This document shows positions 18,790-28,212 of a stretch of 64,000 bases of DNA, one piece after another. How positions within the stretch are numbered: the first letter of the stretch is position 1; each line of letters starts with the position of its first letter. The position numbers and the translations under genes were made by a program. Below the pieces are notes generated by a model. It was given only the letters and a program-made list of their open reading frames with translations, was not told the origin of the DNA and searched no databases. The stretch lies in contig DAOTXW010000068.1 of the NCBI GenBank assembly GCA_034435035.1, positions 25,643-89,642 of the forward strand. The letters run 5' to 3'. Origin of the DNA: Anaerolineae bacterium. GTDB taxonomy: Bacteria; Chloroflexota; Anaerolineae; Aggregatilineales; UBA3940.

Positions 18790-20673
18790 ATGCGTATCAC
18801 GGTACGTCTGTTTGCCACGCTGCGGGACAGAGCGCAGACGGGATTGGCCACGCTGGATGTGGCGGAACCCTGTACAGTGAGCGACCTGATGGCAGCGCTG
18901 GCAGCCAGATATCCCTTGCTGGCTGATGCGCTGCCATCAGCGCTGGCTGCCGTCAATCAAGAATATGCTTCCCTCGATGATGTGATTGCCGATGGCGATG
19001 AGGTGGCATTCTTTCCGCCAGTAAGCGGAGGAGCGCCTGAGAAATGGCCCGAACTGCTGGCGGTCACCGAAGATCAACTTGACCTCAATGAGATAGCGGC
19101 AGCGATCACCCAACCCGAGACGGGAGCAGTCGCCATCTTCAGCGGCATCGTCCGCGCCGTGACCTCCAGCACGGAAGGTGAAGCGCGGCACACCAGTGAG
19201 CTGCTGTACGAAGCCTACGCCCCGATGGCCCACAAGACGCTGCAACAGGTTGCTGCCGAGATCAGGCAGCGGTTTGCTCGTGTGCAGGGAATCGCCATCA
19301 TTCAACGCCTCGGCCGGTTGGAGGTGGGGACTCCGACGGTGGTAGTGGCCTGCTCCGCTGGTCATCGCCATGATGGTATCTTCGAGGCCGCGCTGTACGG
19401 GATCAACCGGTTGAAAGAGATCGTGCCTGTCTGGAAGCAGGAGATCGGCCCGGGCGGGACCCAGTGGATTGAGGGCGATCACCGCCCTACTCCGACCACA
19501 CGTCGTTCGATTCCGGTAGATGATCTTGAACCGCGGTGGGGATTCTTCTGCCCGGAGTGCGGTGCCAGCTATCCGCTGAGCGCCGCAGTGGGCACCTGCC
19601 AGTGCGGCGAGCCGCTAGAGGTCCAGGGGTTTCCACGTTTTGCCACTGAGCTGATTGCTGCAGACCGGCATGACCTGTGGCGCTACCGCGCGTTGCTGGC
19701 GCCGCCCGAAGTTGATCCTCTGTCGCTGGGAGAGGCGGGAACCCCTCTCATCGAGACTGCGCTGCCGGGGCATCGGCTCTTCCTGAAGATGGAGGGACTC
19801 AACCCAACAGGATCTTTTAAGGATCGGGGGGCAGCCCTGCTGGTGAGTATGCTGCATGCCGCGGGGATACGCACTATCCATGATGACTCGTCTGGTAATG
19901 CTGGCGCCGCCCTCGCTGCCTATGCCGCGCGAGCAGGGATCGATGCGTGTCTCTATGTTCCAGCCAGCGCCGCCCCGGCTAAGCTGGCCCAGATCCAGAT
20001 GTATGGCGCACGGCTGGTCCGCGTTGAAGGGCCTCGCAGTGCAGCCGCCGACGCTGCCAGAGCGGCGGCAGATCGTGGAGATTCCGTCTACGCGAGCCAT
20101 ATCCTTCACCCATTCTCTGTTGCCGCCTACAAGTCTCTGGCCTACGAGGTGTGGGAACAGCTCGACCATCACGCACCAGATGCTGTGGTCTCTCCGGCAG
20201 GGCATGGGTCCCAGATTCTAGGGCTCTGGTGGGGATTCGGCGACCTGCATCAGGCTGGACTTATCGCACGAATACCCCGCCTCATCGCAGTGCAGGCAAG
20301 CCGGTGCGCTCCACTCTGGCAGCTGATGCACGCAGAGAGCCGGGACGCCGAACCGCCGGAAGAGTCCGAAACGATTGCGGAGGGGATACGCATCGCGCAG
20401 CCCGTCCGCTGGAAGGCCGTCCTGCGCGCGATTCGCGGCAGCGGCGGCACGGTTGTGGCAGTATCGGAGACCGACATTCTGGACGGACTGCGAGAGATGG
20501 GACGCCTGGGAATCGGCGTGGAGCCGACCAGCGCAGTAATCTGGCCAGCGCTGAAGCAGATTCGCGATCAGCTTCCCCCCGCAAGCACCGTAGTCGTCTC
20601 GATCAGTGGCTCTGGCCTGAAGACCCCACCTGCCATTGTGCAGCAATCACTTGAAGCGATCCCGGAAGTTTGA
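18790..20673 (+). CDS. Triple fusion: MoaD-like sulfur carrier + MoaE (MPT synthase large subunit) + zinc-ribbon threonine-synthase-like PLP enzyme
   Basis: aa 1-81 are a ThiS/MoaD beta-grasp ending in FFPPVSGG (GG at 19027-19032). aa ~85-225 are MoaE (AIFSGIVR..., VPVWKQE). aa ~240-627 contain CPECG...CQCG and GLNPTGSFKDRG (PLP lysine). The ATG lies 2 nt after the moaC stop. Confidence 0.8.
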   Translation: MRITVRLFATLRDRAQTGLATLDVAEPCTVSDLMAALAARYPLLADALPSALAAVNQEYASLDDVIADGDEVAFFPPVSGGAPEKWPELLAVTEDQLDLNEIAAAITQPETGAVAIFSGIVRAVTSSTEGEARHTSELLYEAYAPMAHKTLQQVAAEIRQRFARVQGIAIIQRLGRLEVGTPTVVVACSAGHRHDGIFEAALYGINRLKEIVPVWKQEIGPGGTQWIEGDHRPTPTTRRSIPVDDLEPRWGFFCPECGASYPLSAAVGTCQCGEPLEVQGFPRFATELIAADRHDLWRYRALLAPPEVDPLSLGEAGTPLIETALPGHRLFLKMEGLNPTGSFKDRGAALLVSMLHAAGIRTIHDDSSGNAGAALAAYAARAGIDACLYVPASAAPAKLAQIQMYGARLVRVEGPRSAAADAARAAADRGDSVYASHILHPFSVAAYKSLAYEVWEQLDHHAPDAVVSPAGHGSQILGLWWGFGDLHQAGLIARIPRLIAVQASRCAPLWQLMHAESRDAEPPEESETIAEGIRIAQPVRWKAVLRAIRGSGGTVVAVSETDILDGLREMGRLGIGVEPTSAVIWPALKQIRDQLPPASTVVVSISGSGLKTPPAIVQQSLEAIPEV

Positions 20674-20691
20674 GCAGAGAGGAGCAGCCCC

Positions 20692-21921
20692 ATGCAACGC
20701 ATCGTCGTCACCGGCTACGGAGCGCTCAGTTCACTGGGTCTGACCGCCGAAGAATGCTGGCAGAGTGCCCTTGCCGGCAGGTCGGGTCTGGGCCCAATCA
20801 CCCTGTTTGATGTCAGCGACTTCCCGGTGCAGGTAGCCGCTGAGGTGAAGGGTTTTGATCCTGAGGCCTACCTGGATCGGCGCGAGGCTCGCCGTCAGGA
20901 TCGCTTCGAACAGTTTGGCAATGTCGTGGCCCTTGAGGCGCTCAAGCACAGCGGACTGGAGATCACCGATCAGAATCGCGATCGGATAGCAGTCATTATC
21001 AGCAGCGGCGTGGGCGGCATGGACGCCATCATGGAGCAGGTGACCACGGTTGTTAACGAGGGGCCGCGGCGCTTGAGTCCTTTTGCGATTCCCCGCATCA
21101 TGAGCAATGGCGCAGCCGGGACGGTCAGTATCGCGCATGGGTTGCGCGGGCCGTCGTTCTCAGTTGGTTCCGCCTGCGCGTCCGCCTCTGACGGAATCGG
21201 CATGGCCCTTCAGCTGTTGAGAGCCGGAATCGTCGATGTGGCGCTTGCTGGCGGCTCGGAGGCAGCGATCTCGCCACTGGGAGTCGGTTCTTTCTATCGG
21301 ATCGGCGGCTACACTTCACGCTCTAGCGATACACCCTCTCCCTTCAGCCGTGACCGCGACGGTCTCGTCATGGGAGAAGGCGCTGCAGTACTGGTGCTGG
21401 AGACGCTGGAGCACGCACGCGCACGCGGAGCAACCATCCATGGTGAGATTGCCGGCTATGGAGCATCCGCTGATGCGTTTCACTTGACTGCGCCGACTGA
21501 GGATGGATCGGGCAGCGCGCTGGCGATCCAGCGTGCGATGGAGGATGCCCGGGTGCAGCCTCAGGATATCGACTATATCAATGCGCATGGAACGGGCACT
21601 CCGCTGAACGACGCCTCTGAGACTCTGGCCATCAAGCGAGCCCTGGGTGAGCATGCCTATAACATCCCGATCAGCTCCACCAAAAGCATGACCGGTCATA
21701 TGATGGGCGCCACAGCGGCCCTGGAGGCTGTGTTTTGTCTGCAGGCTCTGCGTGATGGAGTTGTGCCACCCACGATCAACTTCCATGAACAGGATCCGGA
21801 CTGCGATCTGGATTACGTCCCTAACCAGGCACGAGAGATCCCGGTGAAGGTGGCAATGAGCCATGCATTTGGCTTTGGCGGGCACAACTCAGTGCTTGTC
21901 TTCCGGGCGTTTGATGAGTGA
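20692..21921 (+). CDS. fabF: 3-oxoacyl-ACP synthase II
   Basis: 409 aa. Active-site GSACASASD, plus NAHGTGTP and TGHMMGA. GAGGAG SD upstream. Confidence 0.9.
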   Translation: MQRIVVTGYGALSSLGLTAEECWQSALAGRSGLGPITLFDVSDFPVQVAAEVKGFDPEAYLDRREARRQDRFEQFGNVVALEALKHSGLEITDQNRDRIAVIISSGVGGMDAIMEQVTTVVNEGPRRLSPFAIPRIMSNGAAGTVSIAHGLRGPSFSVGSACASASDGIGMALQLLRAGIVDVALAGGSEAAISPLGVGSFYRIGGYTSRSSDTPSPFSRDRDGLVMGEGAAVLVLETLEHARARGATIHGEIAGYGASADAFHLTAPTEDGSGSALAIQRAMEDARVQPQDIDYINAHGTGTPLNDASETLAIKRALGEHAYNIPISSTKSMTGHMMGATAALEAVFCLQALRDGVVPPTINFHEQDPDCDLDYVPNQAREIPVKVAMSHAFGFGGHNSVLVFRAFDE

Positions 21922-22643
21922 CAGCAGCAGTGAAGTCTCTGCTTGATCTGGATGCCTTCCAGCAGCATAACGGGCTGCAATTCACTGACATCAGGCTGCT
22001 GCGGACTGCCCTGACTCACCCGTCCTTTGCCAATGAGCATCCCGGGCAGGGCGTCGAGGACAATCAAAGGCTTGAGTTCCTGGGCGACGCAGTTCTGACA
22101 TTGATCAGCAGTGATTGGCTGTACGAACATCTTCCCGGCGCGCCGGAAGGCCAGCTTACAAGGCTGCGGTCGGCCCTGGTCCGCAGCGACACGCTGGCCG
22201 CGCTGGCTGAGCAATGCCAGATCGGCGAGGCACTCCGGATGGGCCACGGCGAAGAGAGCACCGGAGGCCGCCAGCGCCCCACAGCGCTCTGCGACGCTTT
22301 TGAGGCACTGGTGGGGGCTCTCTATCTTGACCAGGGGATCGAAGCGGCCCGTGCATTCAGTCTCCCCCTGCTGGAGCAGGCGCTCGCCGTGATTCATCAG
22401 GCAGGAGCCGATCGGGATCCAAAGAGTCTGCTGCAAGAATGGGTCCAGCGACATCTTGGCCTGACGCCTGAGTACGTGACAGTTGACACTCAGGGTCCGG
22501 ACCATGCGAGGCTCTTCACAGTGGAGGTCCTGCTGGGTGGTCAGCCCTACGCGCGGGGTACAGGCTCGCGTAAACAGCTCGCGGCTCAGGATGCGGCACG
22601 CCGTGCTCTGGCTATGCTGCAAGCCGAGCACGGGGGCGGCTGA
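21918..22643 (+). CDS. rnc: Ribonuclease III
   Basis: 241 aa. Signature QRLEFLGDAVL and a C-terminal dsRBD. GTGA start/stop overlap with fabF. Confidence 0.9.
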   Translation: MTAAVKSLLDLDAFQQHNGLQFTDIRLLRTALTHPSFANEHPGQGVEDNQRLEFLGDAVLTLISSDWLYEHLPGAPEGQLTRLRSALVRSDTLAALAEQCQIGEALRMGHGEESTGGRQRPTALCDAFEALVGALYLDQGIEAARAFSLPLLEQALAVIHQAGADRDPKSLLQEWVQRHLGLTPEYVTVDTQGPDHARLFTVEVLLGGQPYARGTGSRKQLAAQDAARRALAMLQAEHGGG

Positions 22644-23500
22644 TGCGCCTGTTCATCACAGGTGCCAGCGGAGACCTCGGCCGCCCATTGAGTCAGCTGG
22701 CAGCAGACCGGCACACCGTGTGTGCGACCTATCTTGAGCGCGCCCATGTCGGCGGGGGCTTCCCCGTGCAGTTGGATCTTCGCAACCGGGACGATGTGCG
22801 ACGCGCTGTCAGTGCATGGAATCCGGCTGTGATCATCCATGCCGCCATCTCGGATCGCTCACCCGGAATGGATACCGCAGCGCTGACAGCGGCCCAGAAT
22901 CTCAGCGATGCGGCCGCCGCGGTTGGCTGCCGGATCATCTTCCTGTCAACCGACATGATATTTGATGGCAGCGGCGGCCCTTATCATGAGGATTCTCGCC
23001 CTGCTCCCCGCTCCGACTATGGGCGCGTCAAGCTGGCATGCGAACAGCACCTCCTCAGCAATCTGCCAGCGTGTCTGGTGGTACGGACAAGCCTGATCTA
23101 CGACTTCCATCCGTCCAACCGGCAGGTGGGCTGGATGCTTGACAGGCTGGCATCGGGCGGTCGGATTCCCCTGTTCGTAGATGAAGTGCGCCACCCGATC
23201 TGGTCGTGGAATCTGGCAGAGGCGCTGCTGGAGCTCTGTCACCTGCCCGTGACCGGAATACTGCACGTCGCCGGGCCAGAGCCGCTTTCGCGTTTCAAGT
23301 ATGGCTGCGCCCTGCTCTGGGCACTGGGATACGATCCGGCCCAGGTGGTGGAACCCGTCTACGCCGCCGATAGAGCGCCGGACCGTCCGCGCGATCTCAG
23401 ACAGGACCTGAGCCGGGCACAGACTCTGCTGGCCACTCCATTGCTGTCACTCCCAGCCGCACTTGCCCGCGCCAAAGCTCAGCAGCGCATGACAGGCTAA
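22643..23500 (+). CDS. RmlD-like NAD(P)-dependent sugar reductase/epimerase (SDR)
   Basis: 285 aa. Contains ITGASGDLG (Rossmann) and YGRVK (YxxxK). The ATG overlaps the rnc stop by 1 nt. Confidence 0.6.
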   Translation: MRLFITGASGDLGRPLSQLAADRHTVCATYLERAHVGGGFPVQLDLRNRDDVRRAVSAWNPAVIIHAAISDRSPGMDTAALTAAQNLSDAAAAVGCRIIFLSTDMIFDGSGGPYHEDSRPAPRSDYGRVKLACEQHLLSNLPACLVVRTSLIYDFHPSNRQVGWMLDRLASGGRIPLFVDEVRHPIWSWNLAEALLELCHLPVTGILHVAGPEPLSRFKYGCALLWALGYDPAQVVEPVYAADRAPDRPRDLRQDLSRAQTLLATPLLSLPAALARAKAQQRMTG

Positions 23501-25425
23501 GGCCAGATAACTTCAACGACAACAAGGCGGTGATCAGTCGCTGTGCTGGCAACCTGGCTGGAGTCTGCCGGAATTAGGCCCCGAACAAACACATAGTCGT
23601 GCCGGATGCCAGGGTTAGAAGCCGGGTATGTGAATCCGCGATCGATCCCCAGCACAGTATCTGGATCCAGGAAATCCGCGGCGAGGAACTGCTGGTAAGC
23701 GGAATCGCCCGGCGGCGAACCCAGATCAACGCCAACGATGAGGGGCAGCGCCTCCTCCACCAGACCGAACACCAGCGCGACCTGCTGGAGACGCTGGGCC
23801 TCATCGGAGGGGCGCATGTGGGCGGCAATCACAGCCACGGCGCGCCCCTGCACAGGCTCGATGCGGCCATAGACAGCGGATGTCTGTTCGGGGGATCCCG
23901 GAAGAACCTGCCCCCTCCCCTGCAGGATGGGCCAGCGCGACAGAACAGCAACGCCGTGCAGGTGCTCGACGGCTGGTTGGTAGATTTGAAACATACCCAG
24001 GTGGCGGGCCAGATACTCAACCTGATCAATCCCATAGCTGATCGGGCTGCCCGCATCGACTTCCTGCAGAATCACAATATCAGCCTGGCTGACCTCAACC
24101 GAGCGAGCAATCAGCGCCAGTTGATATCTTCCCGTCTCATCATATCCGTGGTTAAGATTGTAGGTAGCGACACGCAAACTTGCTGACGCCGCAGGCGTCT
24201 CCGTAGGTTGGACAGCCCCGCTCAGCAGCAGGCCGAGGACGACTGCAGGCGCTACAAACGCAGGGGCAAGCGACGAGAGCAGCGCCGGCGAGGCCAGCCA
24301 GGGATCGTCTTCACGCCACCGCAAGCGCGGCAGTGCTGCCAGAGCGGCAGCCACCAGAATCACCACGAGACCCTGTCCACGCAGCACGCCAGCGACCCGT
24401 CCGTACACAAATGTAGAGCCATACAGATAGGTCAGCCCTACCATAGCCGCCACCGCGACCATCATCGAGGGACCAACCTGCTCCGTCTCTGAGGCATCAG
24501 GCGGTTCCACGAACCACCAGGCCAGCATCACACACATGAACTGCGCAACAACCAGCGCGCCCGCTGCGCCAAACCCATCCAGGCGATTTCCGAGCACCAG
24601 CATCGTCAGCATCAGAAACAGCCAGACCCACCCCCGCAGACGGTCGTCAAAAAGATCCAGTGCCTCGCCCACTGCCCGACGTACGCCGGGCAGGAGTGGC
24701 AACGCGGTGGCCGCCAGCATCCATGCAACCAGGGATCCCCTCGGCACGGCAGCCCAACGGGCAGCAACGCCCGGATTGCCCAGCACCATCAGCTCAAGCA
24801 CCAGCCAGCCGCCCACAGCCAGCCCGCCGACGGCTGTCAGGTTTGCGGGTTCGTATGGTTCGTATCGAGCTGCCCGCCGGGCAGCCACGGCAACCCCAGC
24901 CAGGCATGCACTGATGGCACACAGAACCACCAGCATCGGCATACGAAGCCGGAGGTCACCTATGGGGATGTCAGTCAGTGGTCGGAGCAGCGGGTCAAAA
25001 GTATCTGGCGCTCGCAGCAGCTGTTCCATCGCCACAGCCGCTGACAACGCAGGTGCCACAGCTCCTGCCCTCGCCCGTATAAGGGAAGTCAGATAGATCG
25101 CTCCAAGCCCAACCAGAACCAGACTGGCATAGAGCTGCACATCCAGATGCGGGACCGCTATAGCAGCACGAGCGGCGGCCACCCCAATGGCGCTCAGAAG
25201 CAATACACGTGGCAGGTGAGTGCGTGCACGGGGAACTAACCATGGAGCGGCCAGTGCAGCCAGAAGCGCCAGATGTGCGTACGCCAGGCGAGACTCTACA
25301 GGGTTCCCGTCCAGTGTCCGATGAACCATGCTGAGCGCCATCGCCAGTGCAGATCGGGTCGCCTGCAACGTAAAAAGCGTCACCATGGTCGCTTCTAACA
25401 GTCTGAACAGACGCCCGGAGGTCAT
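23497..25425 (-). CDS. Polytopic membrane protein with a C-terminal endonuclease/exonuclease/phosphatase (EEP) domain
   Basis: 642 aa. About 400 aa of hydrophobic helices, then LRVATYNLNHG...ADIVILQEVD...TDHRLVVVEV, typical of the EEP fold. Confidence 0.65.
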   Translation of the reverse strand: MTSGRLFRLLEATMVTLFTLQATRSALAMALSMVHRTLDGNPVESRLAYAHLALLAALAAPWLVPRARTHLPRVLLLSAIGVAAARAAIAVPHLDVQLYASLVLVGLGAIYLTSLIRARAGAVAPALSAAVAMEQLLRAPDTFDPLLRPLTDIPIGDLRLRMPMLVVLCAISACLAGVAVAARRAARYEPYEPANLTAVGGLAVGGWLVLELMVLGNPGVAARWAAVPRGSLVAWMLAATALPLLPGVRRAVGEALDLFDDRLRGWVWLFLMLTMLVLGNRLDGFGAAGALVVAQFMCVMLAWWFVEPPDASETEQVGPSMMVAVAAMVGLTYLYGSTFVYGRVAGVLRGQGLVVILVAAALAALPRLRWREDDPWLASPALLSSLAPAFVAPAVVLGLLLSGAVQPTETPAASASLRVATYNLNHGYDETGRYQLALIARSVEVSQADIVILQEVDAGSPISYGIDQVEYLARHLGMFQIYQPAVEHLHGVAVLSRWPILQGRGQVLPGSPEQTSAVYGRIEPVQGRAVAVIAAHMRPSDEAQRLQQVALVFGLVEEALPLIVGVDLGSPPGDSAYQQFLAADFLDPDTVLGIDRGFTYPASNPGIRHDYVFVRGLIPADSSQVASTATDHRLVVVEVIWP

Positions 25426-25441
25426 GGCAGCAGCTCCCTGT

Positions 25442-25470
25442 TTGGGTATGTAGCACGGCGATTATATAAT
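25442..25470 (+). promoter_or_regulatory. Candidate promoter for the deaminase-CYTH gene
   Basis: TTGGGT (25442-25447) - 17 nt - TATAAT (25465-25470). AGGAG SD at 25504-25508 precedes ATG 25515. Confidence 0.35.
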
Positions 25471-25514
25471 TGCCGTCATCGTTCTCGAAAGTCCCCCTAC
25501 CCCAGGAGCTGCAC

Positions 25515-27485
25515 ATGGCCAGCGCCGATCTGATCCTGACACACGGCCTCGTGGTGACCATGGATGCCGGGTTTCGTATCATATCCGATGGCGCAGTAGC
25601 GATCGCTGGAGATTCACTGATCGCCATTGGCAAAACAACCGAAGTGCTCGAGACTGTCAGTGCGCCCCAGATCGTGAATTGCGGCAACAGAGTCATCATG
25701 CCCGGGCTGATCAATGCCCATACGCATGCTGCCATGACTCTGCTGCGGGGTTTGGCCGATGACCTCCGGCTGGATGTATGGCTGATGGGCTATATGATGC
25801 CCACCGAGCGGGAGTTCGTCAGCCCGGAGTTTGTCCGGCTGGGCACACTGCTGGGCTGCGCAGAAATGATTCGATCCGGCGTCACCACCTTCTGCGACAT
25901 GTATTACTTCGAAGATCATGTCGCAGAGGCAACCGTTGAGGCCGGCATGAGAGCCATTCTCGGGCAGACTGTACTCAAGTTCCCAGCCCCGGACGCGGAG
26001 AGCTACGAAGTCAGCCTGAACGCATGCCGCGAGTTTATCTTGCGCTGGAAGGATCACCCGCTGGTCATCCCCGCCGTATCTCCTCATGCCCCCTACACTA
26101 CCACGCCAGAGATTCTCTCCGCCTGCGCGCAGATGGCAGCAGAATTTGACGTCCCGCTGCATATTCATCTCAGCGAGACCGCTCTGGAGGTCATTGAAAG
26201 CCGCCGGCATCATGGCATGCCCGTGATTCCCTGGGTCAAGAAACAGGGTTTGTTTGACGCCAAGGTGATCGCCGCACACTGTGTGCATGTCGATGAGGGG
26301 GAGATCCGCACGCTGGAACATCATCGGGCAGGCGTCGCTCACAACCCGACCAGCAACCTGAAGCTGGCCAGTGGGATCGCACCGATCCACCAGATGCTGG
26401 CGCTGGGGCTTAATGTGGGAATTGGCACCGATGGCGCTGCCAGCAACAACGATCTGGATATGTTTGAGGAGACTCGCCTTGCCGCGCTGATCGCCAAGGT
26501 CGCGACGGACGACCCCACCACACTACCAGCACGGCAAGCCCTGGCAATGGCTACGAGCATGGGAGCGCGCGCTCTGCACATCGACCACCTCACGGGGTCG
26601 CTTGAGGTCGGTAAGCGTGCTGACCTGATCATGGTTGAGATGGACGGCTTACATAACTGGCCACACTTCGAGCGCAGCGCGGAAGCAGTGTACTCCCGCC
26701 TGGTGTACTCAGCCAAGAGCACCGATGTCACTGACGTCCTCAGCAATGGACGCTGGCTGATGCGCGACCGGCAGCTGACTACCATCGACCTTCCGGGGCT
26801 GCTGGCACAGGCCAGCGAGATGGCCAGGCAGATCGACACGTTCCTGGTCGCCCGTGAAGGCGATGTTCTGAGCAAGCTGCTGGCCATCGGAGAGTTGCAG
26901 CAAGAAGAGAGCTTCGAGGTGCAGGTCAAGGCGCGCCTTGAAGACCTGTCTCTGGTAGACCGCATCCTTCAGCATCCGGAAGTTCGCATTGTCAAGTCGT
27001 CCAGGTACCGGCAGTACGACACCTACTTTGAATTCCTGGAGCAGGACTACCGCTTGCGCTATCGGGAAGATGACTTTCTGGGCCCCGATGGCGCCGTCAC
27101 CACGGTGCGATCCCGGCTCACACTGACCACTGTCGGGAAGGAGTTGGAATTTGACAATGCAGTATTGCTATCGCGGTCACGGTACATATCCGCCGCGACG
27201 CGGCCCCTGCGCTTCTACCGCGAGTACTTTCATGCCAGCCGGGAGCGCACCGTGGTCAAGGAACGCAGCCGCTGGCACATCGACTATCGGGGGCTGCGGT
27301 TGTACGTGAATGTTGATGAACTTACGGAGCCAGCAGTTGATGGGCACTATTTGGAGATCAAGAGCAGAACCTGGTCCAAGCGCGATGCTGAGGAAAAGGC
27401 GCGGGCGCTCTCCGATCTGCTGACCTACGCCGGAATTATCAGGAGCGCACTGGTACGAGATGAGTATCTTTCTCTGGTGGAATAA
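25515..27485 (+). CDS. MtaD-type amidohydrolase (5'-methylthioadenosine/S-adenosylhomocysteine deaminase family) fused to a C-terminal CYTH (CyaB/ThTPase) domain
   Basis: N-terminal domain has PGLINAHTHAAM, HLSE and GTDGAASNN metal-site motifs. From ~26907 the C-terminal domain has FEVQVK (ExExK), QYDTYFE, YRLRYRE and GHYLEIKSR. Start chosen at the SD-preceded ATG. Confidence 0.8.
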   Translation: MASADLILTHGLVVTMDAGFRIISDGAVAIAGDSLIAIGKTTEVLETVSAPQIVNCGNRVIMPGLINAHTHAAMTLLRGLADDLRLDVWLMGYMMPTEREFVSPEFVRLGTLLGCAEMIRSGVTTFCDMYYFEDHVAEATVEAGMRAILGQTVLKFPAPDAESYEVSLNACREFILRWKDHPLVIPAVSPHAPYTTTPEILSACAQMAAEFDVPLHIHLSETALEVIESRRHHGMPVIPWVKKQGLFDAKVIAAHCVHVDEGEIRTLEHHRAGVAHNPTSNLKLASGIAPIHQMLALGLNVGIGTDGAASNNDLDMFEETRLAALIAKVATDDPTTLPARQALAMATSMGARALHIDHLTGSLEVGKRADLIMVEMDGLHNWPHFERSAEAVYSRLVYSAKSTDVTDVLSNGRWLMRDRQLTTIDLPGLLAQASEMARQIDTFLVAREGDVLSKLLAIGELQQEESFEVQVKARLEDLSLVDRILQHPEVRIVKSSRYRQYDTYFEFLEQDYRLRYREDDFLGPDGAVTTVRSRLTLTTVGKELEFDNAVLLSRSRYISAATRPLRFYREYFHASRERTVVKERSRWHIDYRGLRLYVNVDELTEPAVDGHYLEIKSRTWSKRDAEEKARALSDLLTYAGIIRSALVRDEYLSLVE

Positions 27486-27499
27486 GACGATCGGCATCG

Positions 27500-28165
27500 C
27501 TAACCCGGCTGCTCAAGCCGGAAGCCATGCCCTCTCACTGTGACAATGTAGTTCTGCTCTGGATCCACCTCAGCCAGGCGATCCCGCAGGCGTCTCACCA
27601 GCGCATCAATGGCCTGCTCGCTGATGCCCTCTTCGACGGCCTCTGGCCACACGGCCTGCACTACATCCTCGCGAGCGCAGACGCCGCCGTTGGCGTCCAC
27701 CAGGAGTTCCAGGAGGCGGTACTGATAAAGCGAAAGCTGGGGATCTAGCGCCACGCCATTGACAAAGACCTGGCGCCGATGTCTATCCAACCTGAGTCCG
27801 ACATCCCCGGCTTCAGCCTGTTCAAGCGATAACGGGACGGTTGACTCAGAGCCCACGAATTTGAGCTTGACGCTCAGCGCAATCTGGATCTCATCACCCT
27901 CTTCCAGTGCTCGGATACCCTCCAGGCGTGCCGCGTTGACATGCGTTCCGTTCTTGCTGCCCAGATCCTCCACGTAGCAGACCCCGCCCTGTTTGACTAT
28001 CCGCACGTGTTCCCGGGATACCCGTCGCTCGGGTATTACTATGTCACAGTGCCCACCGCGCCCTATCAAGAATTGATCGGTATGCATGACCCACTGCTGC
28101 CCTCGCATGGGCCCTTCGGTGATGATCAGAACCGGTTTATCTGTATCGCTCAGGTGATTGCTCAC
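27500..28165 (-). CDS. FHA domain + OmpR/PhoB-type winged-helix DNA-binding regulator
   Basis: 221 aa. FHA region (FLIGRGGHCDIVI...VSREHVRI...DLGSKNGTHVN). C-terminal trans_reg_C region (LSLYQYRLLELL...VTVRGHGFRL). GTG start with AAGGAG SD. Confidence 0.8.
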   Translation of the reverse strand: MSNHLSDTDKPVLIITEGPMRGQQWVMHTDQFLIGRGGHCDIVIPERRVSREHVRIVKQGGVCYVEDLGSKNGTHVNAARLEGIRALEEGDEIQIALSVKLKFVGSESTVPLSLEQAEAGDVGLRLDRHRRQVFVNGVALDPQLSLYQYRLLELLVDANGGVCAREDVVQAVWPEAVEEGISEQAIDALVRRLRDRLAEVDPEQNYIVTVRGHGFRLEQPG

Positions 28166-28175
28166 ACTCGGCTCC

Positions 28176-28204
28176 TTGACAAACCTTTTACCAGCGGTTA
28201 ATGT
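28176..28204 (+). promoter_or_regulatory. Candidate promoter for the Ser/Thr kinase gene
   Basis: TTGACA (28176-28181) - 17 nt - TAATGT (28199-28204). Confidence 0.4.
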
Positions 28205-28212
28205 CTGCCCAT

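Noticed and set aside
21813-22631. 272-aa minus-strand ORF
   Set aside because: It is antisense to rnc, which carries the RNase III signature and is translationally coupled to fabF.
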